Source: Setoptus koraiensis (taxonomy: Eukaryota > Animalia > Arthropoda). From it: 64,000 bases of DNA. How positions within the stretch are numbered: position 1 is the first letter of the stretch; each line of letters starts with the position of its first letter. Shown one piece after another: positions 12,201-22,024 of the stretch. The stretch is taken from the NCBI GenBank assembly GCA_048013815.1, contig CM106586.1, positions 1,798,001 to 1,862,000 on the forward strand, in the 5' to 3' direction. Both the position numbers and the translations under genes were made by a program. The notes beneath the pieces were generated by a model. That model worked only from the letters and a program-made list of their open reading frames with translations, was not told the origin of the DNA and searched no databases.

Positions 12201-14123
12201 GTTTGTGCAATCTCGTTATCTAATTAATCTAATGTATTAGCAAAAGAATGAGCAGAGCGCGAGAGGCAGCCAAGAGACGGGGAGAGAGCGAGATAGCGAG
12301 AGAGCGAGAGATGCCAGAGAGACGAGAGACAGCACAAACGAGAGACGCAAGCGAATCCCCTTGGCGTCTTATCTCATTATGTCGACTGTGACGGGCAACA
12401 TGATGTTGAATTAATCCCACTCGTCATCGCAACAGTCGAATTGTCGTCGCTGGTTGCTGGCCGCGATTCCAATTTCCAGAAACAACCATAAACTTATCAT
12501 ACCTTTGCCATTACCCACCAATTTATGCCCTGCATTTAACCTGTTGTTGTCATCGTTGTTTGTCGTCGCTGTCGTTGGTGCCGTCGTCGTCGTCGTCGCG
12601 CTGGTTGTTTGACATTCTGCACAATGTTATGCACAATGTTGCCTGGCTCCCGTCGGCCGACAACGACGACGACGACGACAACAGCAGCAGCGACGACAAC
12701 GGCAGCAGTGGCAGTAGCAGCAACAGGTGAACAGGAGTATGTCGTTAAACTCATAAAAAACGAACCAACCAACCGGCCAGCTCGTTGTATCTCGTTTGCA
12801 TACTATTCAAACGACGGCCAGAGTATACGTGCCCACTAATCAACTGTTGCCACTGCTCGGCTAGACACTGAAACTTAACTCCACTTGCATTACATTTGTC
12901 AGTGTTGCTGTTGCCAGCCAATGGGCAGCAGCAGCAACAAGCGGCGAATGGCAAATGTTCGTACAAGCGGCCAGAGAGATAATCAAATTTAGAGAGAAGC
13001 GAAAATAGTTTCTGGCTTGTGCTTGTGCGTTTGTGTGTCCACATTTCAATTAATTTAGCTAATTCTTTGCATCATTGCGACTCGATTTGTTTGTGCCTTG
13101 GCTCTGTGAGACTCGCTGCTCGCCATTCTTTACCTGTTGCCCATAACAAACAAACAAACAAACCAACCAACGGACGGACAGACGAACGGACAAACGAACA
13201 GATTTGTTGTGGCATCCATTTGGCAGCCATTAGATACGCGAACAAGCGAATAAGCCAAGACTCGAGCTCAGCTGAGTGGCGCGATTCGCGGCCGAATGCT
13301 GGCCGGCCTATAATGGTCAACTGGTCAGGTGTCGGCGGTCAAGTGGTTAGCGAATGGACGCGGCCAGAGAGAGAGAGAGCGAGAGTGGAAGCGGCAAAAA
13401 GGGGCGTCAATCATCACACCTGGCGGCGAGTGGGCAAAGATAAAAGAGGAAAGATAATTTCTTTCTCTTCTCTTGTTTCTGTTGTCTTGTCGTTGGAACA
13501 CACACACTTCGCAACGGCAACAGCACGCTGTCGGTTCGGCCGCCGATTCGGCCACTTCGGTCAGTTCGGCCTGCTCAGCTGATTCAGCCGATTCGCCGAT
13601 TCGACGATTCGCCGATGAATTTTCGAGCCGACGATTCAATTGTGAATTATCAATGTTGTGCTGCTACAGGTTATTAGTGAAAGCTGAGCACGCAACAAAT
13701 CTGATGACTTCATTACCTGCAATCACCTGTATTATATTGTATTATACTGCATTGCACTGCATTACACTGCATCATGCTGCATCATGCTGCATCATGCTGC
13801 ATCATGCTGCATTATATTGCATTATATGGCACGGCAACAATGCTGCCATTATATGTATAAAAGTTGATAGCGGCGATACCAAACGAGCAAATGAGCAAAT
13901 GCTCAAATGGTGAGCCCATGATCATGCGCCATCGTCGGCCGCATCATTGCATATTGGGCCGGCACCATGCCGCCAGCAGCACAGGTAAGCGATGCGCACT
14001 TTCACTTCACCTGTATCGCCCGTAACTCGCCTCTACTCACCTGTGCTCACCTGTATCGGCCAGCGAGAGTGGGCGAGAGCACGCCTCTCGACCATGACAG
14101 CGAGCCTATATTTGTGCTGGCCG

Positions 14124-14187
<64 letters not shown>

Positions 14188-16273
14188 TGCGCCGAAGGAA
14201 GAAATTGAATTATCATAATGTCATAATAATAATAATAGTAATATAATAATATAATAATAACAATATAACAACATAATAGCATGTCGGCCGCCCAGCATGA
14301 CCACTGTTGTTGCTGCTGTTGCCTGATGTTGTTGTTGTTGTTGTCGTTGTTGCTGTTGTTGCCGCTGTTGCTGCTGGCCAGTGGTCGGTGGTCCGTGGTG
14401 CGTGTTGCCGTTCAGCCACCAACGAAGTTTGTGTTGGCCATACCAACAACCGGTCGTGATATATATCAGTCATAATCGTGAGAGCTCGCTCTTGTCGCTG
14501 CTCATCCATTAGTGGTGATCCGCGTTCCGACAAGCGTCAAAACACCCGCCACACAACGCCTAGAGACGGCCCACCGAACACCTACCCACCAGCACTGTCA
14601 TGTACTAGTAGTAGTCGGCCAGCCGACCACCAGAAATTCCGACAACGGCCAGCAGGTGAGCTCGAGTTCATTCTTTTTTTCGCTTTTCGTTTGCCTCTTG
14701 GCGCTGCCTGTGTGAGCAAGCAACAACCCGCTTGCAAGCTAAACAACAGCAACAGCAACAACAACGGCAACAGCAACATCAGCTAATTTAGCCATTGTGT
14801 GCCGCGCCGATGGTGTGGTCTCTCTGGTCGGCACACACACACACACACACGCACACCTGATGATATAAAGCCGGCCAATGAGTGAACACAATTAGCCAGC
14901 TATTTGTGCTCACCTTGATTCGCGCTGTCACTGTTTGCTCGCCCGCCTGCCTGCCTCTTCAAGCGCCTGCCAACAAAACCTAATTAACATTGATATGCTA
15001 ATTAGCGCCCCCTCCCCCTCCAATAACAACAATTATATTGTTAAGCTTATTAGCTTATTATGAGTGTTGTAGCAGACGACGACGAGCATCATTTAATTGT
15101 CCGTTTAACAATTGCAAGAGCCCGTGAGATTGGCCTCTGTACGTGTCCGCTATGCGCTAGCATCCAGCATCGTATAGTTTAGTGGTCGATGGGCCGTATA
15201 GCCACTATGCGGCCCATCGACAAACAGCGCGCCGGACAAAAGCGGCCATGACTTTGAATAACTTTTAACTTTCAACCTGTGACTTGTGACTGATAAACAC
15301 TGATGACACACACGAAAACTAATAAATACTCTCTCTGTGTTTGTCCGTTTCTCTCAATTGATCATGAACATGTGATGTTGCCGGCTGTAACTCCACTTTT
15401 GGTTTGTATGTTGGTCGCTTGTTTGTAAATGAACCACGTTACAGGTTGTTGACGATAGGAAGAAACTCAAATGCAAATGCCACGGAGTGTCAGGTGAGTG
15501 AGCTTGCGGACACGTTGTAAGGGTCGTCACGCAGATAATGATAATGATAATGATAATGATGATAATGTTCTCCTAACCAACCGAGAAACAAAACTAATCA
15601 AACAAAACAAACACAATCTCCCATGCCAAACAACGCACAGGCTCGTGCACGTTCGAAACCTGCTGGATGAGGTTGCCCGATTTTCGCGATGTCAGCAACA
15701 GGTTGCACGAGAAATACAATGATCCGCTGCGTATAGTGTCCATCTCTAGCAAACAATTGACAAGCAGCAACAACAACAATAAGAACAAGCGATCTCAGAG
15801 ACAAACATCATCATATAAGTATAACAACAACAATTTAATTGCCTACAATTCACATGGTGTCAAATTAAACAGAGCGCCCGCCAGAGACGATCTCGTCTAC
15901 TACGACGATTCGCCAGATTTCTGTATCGCCAACGACAGGTTCGACGTGAAAGGTAAGCACTCTCATATATTCATCATCATATATGTTTGTTTTTATTTGT
16001 ATTTATTTGCATATATCGCATGCAAATGATTATCGATAGACAACTGATCGTTTTTTTTATCATCTATTTACTATCTATTATTGACTAGGCACTCGCGGAA
16101 GGACGTGCAACGAGACGTCCACGGGCCCAGACAGTTGTGACAATCTCTGCTGCGGAAGGGGATACAAGACAGAGATCAGAGAGGAACGTTACAAATGCGA
16201 ATTTGAGTTAATATGGGTCAAACCAAAATTTAAATGGTGCAGTCGTAAAAAGACTACACACTCTTGTCTATAG
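9275..16273 (+). CDS. wg: Wnt1/wingless ortholog, ~485 aa; coding exons 9275-10186, 15445-15493, 15641-15952, 16089-16273
   Basis: Signal peptide [21 protein letters not shown]. Wnt1-type [89 protein letters not shown] and CCGRGY. All junctions are GT-AG with compatible phases (0,1,1). Confidence 0.93.
10566..10716 (+). repeat. Dispersed degenerate repeat, partial copy in Wnt1 intron
   Basis: Shares gcgacgct, tttcaat..atct.tcatg, attattggcgacacta.agag and tatgaaatgtacg with the 5773-6290 copy. Confidence 0.65.
13731..13830. repeat. 10-bp tandem array (consensus atyatrctgc), 10 units, 4 of them identical (atcatgctgc)
   Basis: Read directly from the sequence; units fall in exact 10-base register. 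Confidence 0.9.
14127..14186. repeat. (TG)30 microsatellite
   Basis: Perfect dinucleotide run of 60 bp. Confidence 0.98.
15185..15221. other. GC-rich inverted repeat / hairpin (17-bp stem, 3-nt loop) in Wnt1 intron
   Basis: gtcgatgggccgtatag-cca-ctatgcggcccatcgac. Arms are complementary except for one G-T pair. Confidence 0.85.
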
Positions 16274-16540
16274 GAACACACTTGTACAAAAAATTGTAAA
16301 CAATAAACAAGCAATCTTGATATCATTTTATACACAATCACTATCAAAAATCTCCATACAATCGATTAAGCCATTCCTTTTTCATCGCATCCGAACGGCT
16401 TACAACTTTCAGGCAGATGTCACTTTTGTGCCGTCTAGATGGCTATTATAACGAGATCATATGGGCAAAGACGAGCTAAAATAACCGGAGCTTTCATTTG
16501 ATGAGCTCGAGGCGGTTCGTGAGAAATTTCTAGAGTGGGT

Positions 16541-17050
16541 AGCAGTGTTTATCAACCATATTGCCTCTTGCTAATCAAGCCGTTCAAATGACAGTTGCTA
16601 CATCGTTGAAGCTGACGGCATCATATCTTCACCATTTATTCGAGCATTTAGTGATAGATCTTTGGTAATTCACAAGATCGAGTTAGACCTTCTTCAATGT
16701 GGCTACCCAGGCTAGATCAACAAAACTAGCGTTGGTCGAAGTTGCCCCAGTTTCTACGATTGTAACGATATTTTTTCTGAAGCCAGCCCTCGAATCTCTC
16801 AAAACTTGTGAACTGCGACGCTCTTTGTCGCCATTGTTTCAATACTAAATAGAAAACCTAAAAATAGGCATTTCTCTCATGGGGATGAATAAATGTATCT
16901 CTAACATTCGATTACACATGTCTGAAATGTACGACCATGCAACACTCGTTCTATGAAATGTCCGTTCTTTGGATTGTGTTTCGAGGAAGTGCTCGAAAAT
17001 GAAATGTGCGCTGATGAACGACCCTATTCCAGTAAATTGACGGACATCAT
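16541..17050 (+). repeat. Dispersed degenerate repeat, copy 2, same orientation as copy 1
   Basis: Colinear alignment with 5773-6290, with small indels. Confidence 0.85.
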
Positions 17051-17186
17051 GAGATAGTTTGTCAGAAAATATGTCAAAATCGTGCCCCGAAGCTCTTCAT
17101 CGGCGTTTGTGCTAGCTCCCTGACGATCCAAAAAGCTAAAATTAGAAATGTTTGAGTGCAAATACCTGGCTTCGATCTCGAATGGC

Positions 17187-17195
17187 TATATAAAA
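17187..17195 (+). promoter_or_regulatory. TATA box of the secreted orphan gene
   Basis: TATATAAAA ~200 bp upstream of the ATG at 17392. AATAAA poly(A) signal at 18147-18152 just after the stop. Confidence 0.6.
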
Positions 17196-17391
17196 TTGAA
17201 TACTCAACATTTTTTTATTTATTTTTCGTAAAACACAAACCCGCTCAGCGCAGATTATCTGTCTACCATACTTACAGTAGATGAATAACTTCTATATCGA
17301 GTCCTCTGACAAGATTTGCTTCTCTCAATACTACAACCAATTAGACACTTGATAAGTACAACGAACTATACTAACTGACTATAGCTAAAAA

Positions 17392-18144
17392 ATGAAGTTC
17401 ATCGACGTTATCGGTGTAGCCGTTATAGCTATTTCATTGTTTATAAGTTACACGCACCCAATCGGAGCAGAGCCAAGGGAACTTACTTTTCATATGCAAA
17501 TAAAAGAGATAAATGTCGCAATAGAAAAATGGTTCAACGAAGAATCGAATGTCGGAAATGCGACCATGGCTTTGTTCGGTATATCTAGCGAAGCTCATCG
17601 TCAAAGTAAGGCCAATCATTGGCCCAGACAAATGATGCGAGTATTGCAAGTTGCCACTGGAGTGTCCCCGTCGGACCAGATAGATATAGCAAGCATGCAT
17701 CTTGTTGTTGCTGGCTTGAAGTACAATGATGAAGCAACAAAGCAAGTGTTTCTTTCTCGATTTGAGAGGTTCTTGGAAACAAAATACCCATTTTTGGATG
17801 CGAATAATGCGCTACAAAAAAGAAAAGTGTTTTATAAACAAGTGGATGAACTGTGTGATCCTTACAAGGCAACAACTAAAAGAAAATACAACTTCTATGG
17901 TGCCATCCAATGGCTGCTCCAAGCGAAAGCATTCGAATATTTAAACGATAGAGAATTTATCAGTTCTGTTTCTCATACTGATGAACCCATTTCTCAATTA
18001 TATGCTGCTGCAATGGTTTGTCATTTCATTCGGTCTATGAGAGTGTACAACAGTAAAGGAGATAAGAACTTTGAGTTATATTTGCCAAGTTTTAGCGCTG
18101 ACGAGGTCTCTGGCTGGCCTTATGCACCCTTTGATAATCAATAA
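17392..18144 (+). CDS. Intronless secreted protein of unknown function, 250 aa
   Basis: Long ATG-started ORF with non-repetitive composition. Signal peptide MKFIDVIGVAVIAISLFISYTHPIGA. Flanked by TATA box and AATAAA. No family motif recognised. Confidence 0.85.
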   Translation: MKFIDVIGVAVIAISLFISYTHPIGAEPRELTFHMQIKEINVAIEKWFNEESNVGNATMALFGISSEAHRQSKANHWPRQMMRVLQVATGVSPSDQIDIASMHLVVAGLKYNDEATKQVFLSRFERFLETKYPFLDANNALQKRKVFYKQVDELCDPYKATTKRKYNFYGAIQWLLQAKAFEYLNDREFISSVSHTDEPISQLYAAAMVCHFIRSMRVYNSKGDKNFELYLPSFSADEVSGWPYAPFDNQ

Positions 18145-19321
18145 TCAATAAAACGATCAGTGAGTTTAGCAAATGGATGCGATATCACTGTGACATGATC
18201 ACAATAAGAAGCCAATATTTAGCAGCACAAACTCGATGGGCTTTTTGCTCTTTGACTTAATCTTCATCCGAAATCAACCGATTAAGCGAGTGATTCAGAT
18301 GGACAAGTCAACCGTTTGTTGACGGATTCTCGCGCTCGGTGTCGCCTGCTAGCAATCTTCGTACACTTCATAATTTCAGAACGGATTTTTCACGCGATAC
18401 TATAGTATAGTGATACGATACTATATTACCTAGGAGCTGTAGTAAAACAATAAACTCATGAGACACTCACATGTCTTAGAACTGTTTTCTAGCAATATCA
18501 GTGATGCGTTCGACTGTATCATTTGCATAGGTACAAAATCAAATATCTCTGCATACTGACATTTATTTGGACATTCAATTAGGTGTTTATCGCGCCTGGG
18601 ATATATCAAGTGGCAATAGAGCATGCCGGTGGATAATCGGCTTGTTTTGTTCCAAAAATAAATCTGTTGTGATCACTGATCGGAGGCCACCTACATTGAT
18701 GCCAATCTCACTTATGTTCGATAAAGACGTCCGATTTCAACAAATCCCTTCAGCTATTTTGTTCTACGGACCAGAGGTGATGGTCGGCAATTTATACTTT
18801 TGCTGTGCTCTAAATGCAGCAGATTTCGAAGCATTGTGTTTCGGTTGTTAATATCGAACATGGGTAATTTTATTGAGAGCGAATTCCGCCAAAGAGAGTA
18901 GGAAAGAATTCTATGGCCACCTAGCTTTGTATAACACTAACAATTCTTTTGACTTTAAAATCAAAATTTAAGCCTTAATTAGCATTGCTATGTTAATTTG
19001 CACTAATAAATAGTGTTTTGTTTTAAATGAACACCGACAACAACATGTTAAGTTGCCAGCAAGTTGTAGATGAAAGAAGCGCGGATGCCACCGGCCGTCA
19101 AAAGAGTTGTGAATCATGTCCTTTGATGCTTATCAATTGAAGGTTCCAACAGTCGCGAATTCATTTTCTCCTTTATCTTTTTCTTGCTTCCTCTCGTTGT
19201 GTTGCTCAGTGAAGGAAATTCGACTTGAATCCATTTCTCGTAAACAAAGCTTTCTAATTGCACTCAGTTTGGACTCAAATGGAACAACATGGAACCATTG
19301 AAGGGCAGCCCTCCACAGACA

Positions 19322-20112
19322 GTCACAGCACATGCCGCTTTGGAGAAAGCAGCTAATTTCCTTGGTTGTAAAATTGAACATATACCCGTCGATAGAGTCA
19401 CCTACAAAGTGGACATGAAGTTGGACGAGCTATCCATCCAAGAACTATGATGCTGGTCGGCTCGGAACCACAGTTTCCGCATGGAATCGTTGACGCAATA
19501 TCCGCCGTTGGCAAGCTCGTCCGAGAGAGGGATATATCTGTTCATGTTGATGCTCGCCTAGGTGCATTAGCGCGATCGCGCTCAACAGTCTCGATTTGAA
19601 ATAGGAAAGGCTAGGTTTTAAACACAAATCTCTTCGGTTGATATCAAAAGCACGCAAGCTAGACGATCCGAGAATACACTAATGAATTATGTACGTCAAA
19701 TAGTCACAAAAGATATCAATATTAGTCCTATGAATGTTTTACATCAACTCAGCGATGAGAACAGATCTGTAGCAAATAATTAGTGTGCGCAATCTGTATC
19801 CGGTTAAAATAGTAGATATTTGTTGAATATCATCTTTTTCCTAATGAACAATCAAGACTACGAGTTAATAAGGGAGAAAGGCAGACTGATTGGCCCGGTC
19901 GAATTTATGCCTCACCCACACTACCAGAAAGTAGACCTGGAGCCCTCATTGCTTGGGCCACTTGCGCCTTGCTAATTTGCCACGGCCAGACTGGATATGT
20001 GGAGGCCACGAAGAAAATTCTCGCCGAAACTGAACTCATTTGAGACGAATTGAGCCAAGTTCAAAGGTTCGAGTTACCTGACAATTCTTCAGTGAGTGTG
20101 CTCTCGTTTGCT
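19322..20112 (+). pseudogene. Sphingosine-1-phosphate lyase pseudogene in two blocks (19322-19564 and 19882-20112) split by unrelated DNA
   Basis: Blocks align to window positions 91-337 and 513-741. There is a 4-nt frameshifting deletion (aagttg----gacgagc), an in-frame TGA (att tga gac), and the SADTHKYG segment is absent. Confidence 0.92.
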
Positions 20113-20137
20113 TGATGGCAACAAATATATTTACAGG

Positions 20138-22024
20138 TCAAGCGGACTCGAGTGGGCACGGAATCTCGTCGTTGATTTGTTGATACAACGAACGAGATGA
20201 TCCATGTGAAACAAACGAGTTTGGTTTATTTATTATTGATTTGTCATTATCACTACTATCAATACTGTTGACATGATTATCAGCAGCATAACTATTGAGC
20301 CTAATTTGGTCAATTGAATTGCCAATCGACACTGATCTAGTTCTTTCGGACACATTATGTTGCATATAGTTGCCACCATGAATAACATTATTATTACTAT
20401 TACTATATGACTGTGATTGTTTTATATTTGACTTGCTACTAGTATTGCTAATATCACTTTTGTCAGACATCACCGGGCTCATTATGTCAGCCTCGAGTTT
20501 GGATTTAAATGCGGCAATCGGAACTTGTTGGCCTCCTAGAATAATTTCAAATTTCGATCCTTTTCTTTTCACTGCCAACGATTGTAAGAATGTCAACAAA
20601 TTGTATAAACTTTGTAAAAGTTCTTTCCTAATGTTAGGCACTGTCTGCCAAATTTTCTGCATGGCAATCATAGCTACATCAATAGGTATGTAACAGGGCG
20701 TTGTAATCCAGGTGAGAAATTTCACTGGCCTAGATTGAGTAAACCAACTAGTGATACCTTGGTTGGCCGGTTTACTGCTAGCTAAATTGGGAAACTTGAG
20801 GATCTGTGAATCATTGTTCGCTGTACAAATGCAACCTACGTGATGATTGTTGTCGTTGTTGTTTATATCTGTTGTTACAGTATCGTATGCTGTCACAGGA
20901 ATCAACATAACACTAACATCTTCATCTTCTTCTGTTTCGTCGTCATCATCATCATCGTCATCATCTATAGACAGGTTGTCAAGTACGTCCGAATAGGAAG
21001 ATCCGTACAATGTGGTTGAGTCACCAGGTGACGACGATTGGACAACATTGATGGGAATACAATTCAATTTTAGTGGAACACACGGTATACAAGCTAATTG
21101 TTTTCGTTCACGCAAGTATGCTAGAGCATCATTGAAGCCTTGGTTATACAATTTGCTCAAAGCTTCCGGTGGTGGCGGTATCAAAGAATTGAAAACTCTG
21201 TAAATGTTGCCTGGTGAAATTGAAAATGATGTATTGGATAGACTGACTTGCAATAGGTGCAAATAGTCGTCCTTGGGACAAATGTCGGCCTCGCCAGCAA
21301 ACGGTGACACTGTGATGGTGGTAGAGGGATCTTCAAACTTTAATAAATTATTACTGAAACCGCCATCCATGTAGGAGACACCTTTGTATTTGGGCGGCAC
21401 AAAACCCGACCAAAATGGTATGAAGGAGCTACAAATGAGCGCCTGAATAACATCTTCTTTCGAATCAAACTGGCTTATAATAACATTTTGGCCATCTTCA
21501 ACTCGTGTCAGCGAGATATGCAAAATTCCTGTTACTGTCTTGTGGACATCGTCGGACAAACTGTTGTCGAGGGCATTATAAACAAGCTCGTTGACATTGA
21601 ACGACGGATGAAACGGACCTAGAGCTCTCTCACGAGCCTTCAAGGCCACATTTAATATGGCATTGAGACAATCGCTGATGTGTTTAGCTCCAGAAATGTG
21701 AGCCACTGCCACTATGGCTCCCACTGAGGAACCGGCTATTTTTTTTAAGGACATTTGCGGGGCGTACTGATTGATACAACTAGACACTCCGACGTGATAC
21801 ATTCCTAGGAAGCCGCATCCACAAAATGAGAGATATTCGCCACCGTGAGATTCACTAGTAATTGGTGTTGTTCCGCATTCATTGTGTTTTTTATTGCTGA
21901 CTAAATCCTCTAATTTTTTTCTATCTAGCTCGACCTCTTGCTGCTGGTGCAGATGTTGTTGCTGTTGTCGTTGGTGCTGTTGCTGCGACCTCGGAGGGCT
22001 GTCTGCAACTGTTTGATAGTTCAT
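20138..22024 (-). CDS. bmm: Patatin-like phospholipase / adipose triglyceride lipase (brummer-like), intronless CDS, 628 aa
   Basis: LSFCGCGFLGMYHVGV oxyanion loop, GSSVG nucleophile elbow, ALGPFHPSFN, ALICSSFIPFWSG, YMDGGFSNNL and TITVSPFAGEADICP. Confidence 0.93.
   Translation of the reverse strand: MNYQTVADSPPRSQQQHQRQQQQHLHQQQEVELDRKKLEDLVSNKKHNECGTTPITSESHGGEYLSFCGCGFLGMYHVGVSSCINQYAPQMSLKKIAGSSVGAIVAVAHISGAKHISDCLNAILNVALKARERALGPFHPSFNVNELVYNALDNSLSDDVHKTVTGILHISLTRVEDGQNVIISQFDSKEDVIQALICSSFIPFWSGFVPPKYKGVSYMDGGFSNNLLKFEDPSTTITVSPFAGEADICPKDDYLHLLQVSLSNTSFSISPGNIYRVFNSLIPPPPEALSKLYNQGFNDALAYLRERKQLACIPCVPLKLNCIPINVVQSSSPGDSTTLYGSSYSDVLDNLSIDDDDDDDDDETEEDEDVSVMLIPVTAYDTVTTDINNNDNNHHVGCICTANNDSQILKFPNLASSKPANQGITSWFTQSRPVKFLTWITTPCYIPIDVAMIAMQKIWQTVPNIRKELLQSLYNLLTFLQSLAVKRKGSKFEIILGGQQVPIAAFKSKLEADIMSPVMSDKSDISNTSSKSNIKQSQSYSNSNNNVIHGGNYMQHNVSERTRSVSIGNSIDQIRLNSYAADNHVNSIDSSDNDKSIINKPNSFVSHGSSRSLYQQINDEIPCPLESA

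Noticed and set aside
11237-14786. Many 60-190 aa ORFs in the Wnt1 intron (poly-Cys, poly-Leu, poly-Thr, CVCV)
   Set aside because: They are produced by stop-free microsatellites and have no domain content.
16223-16243. Alternative alignment of PKFKWCS to the canonical CKFHWCC motif
   Set aside because: It breaks the exact spacing to both the upstream CCGRGY and the terminal CL; the register with paired Cys loss fits far better.
18400-19300. Short ORFs on both strands between the orphan and the SPL pseudogene
   Set aside because: They may be decayed coding debris, but none is identifiable or clearly homologous to anything else in the window.
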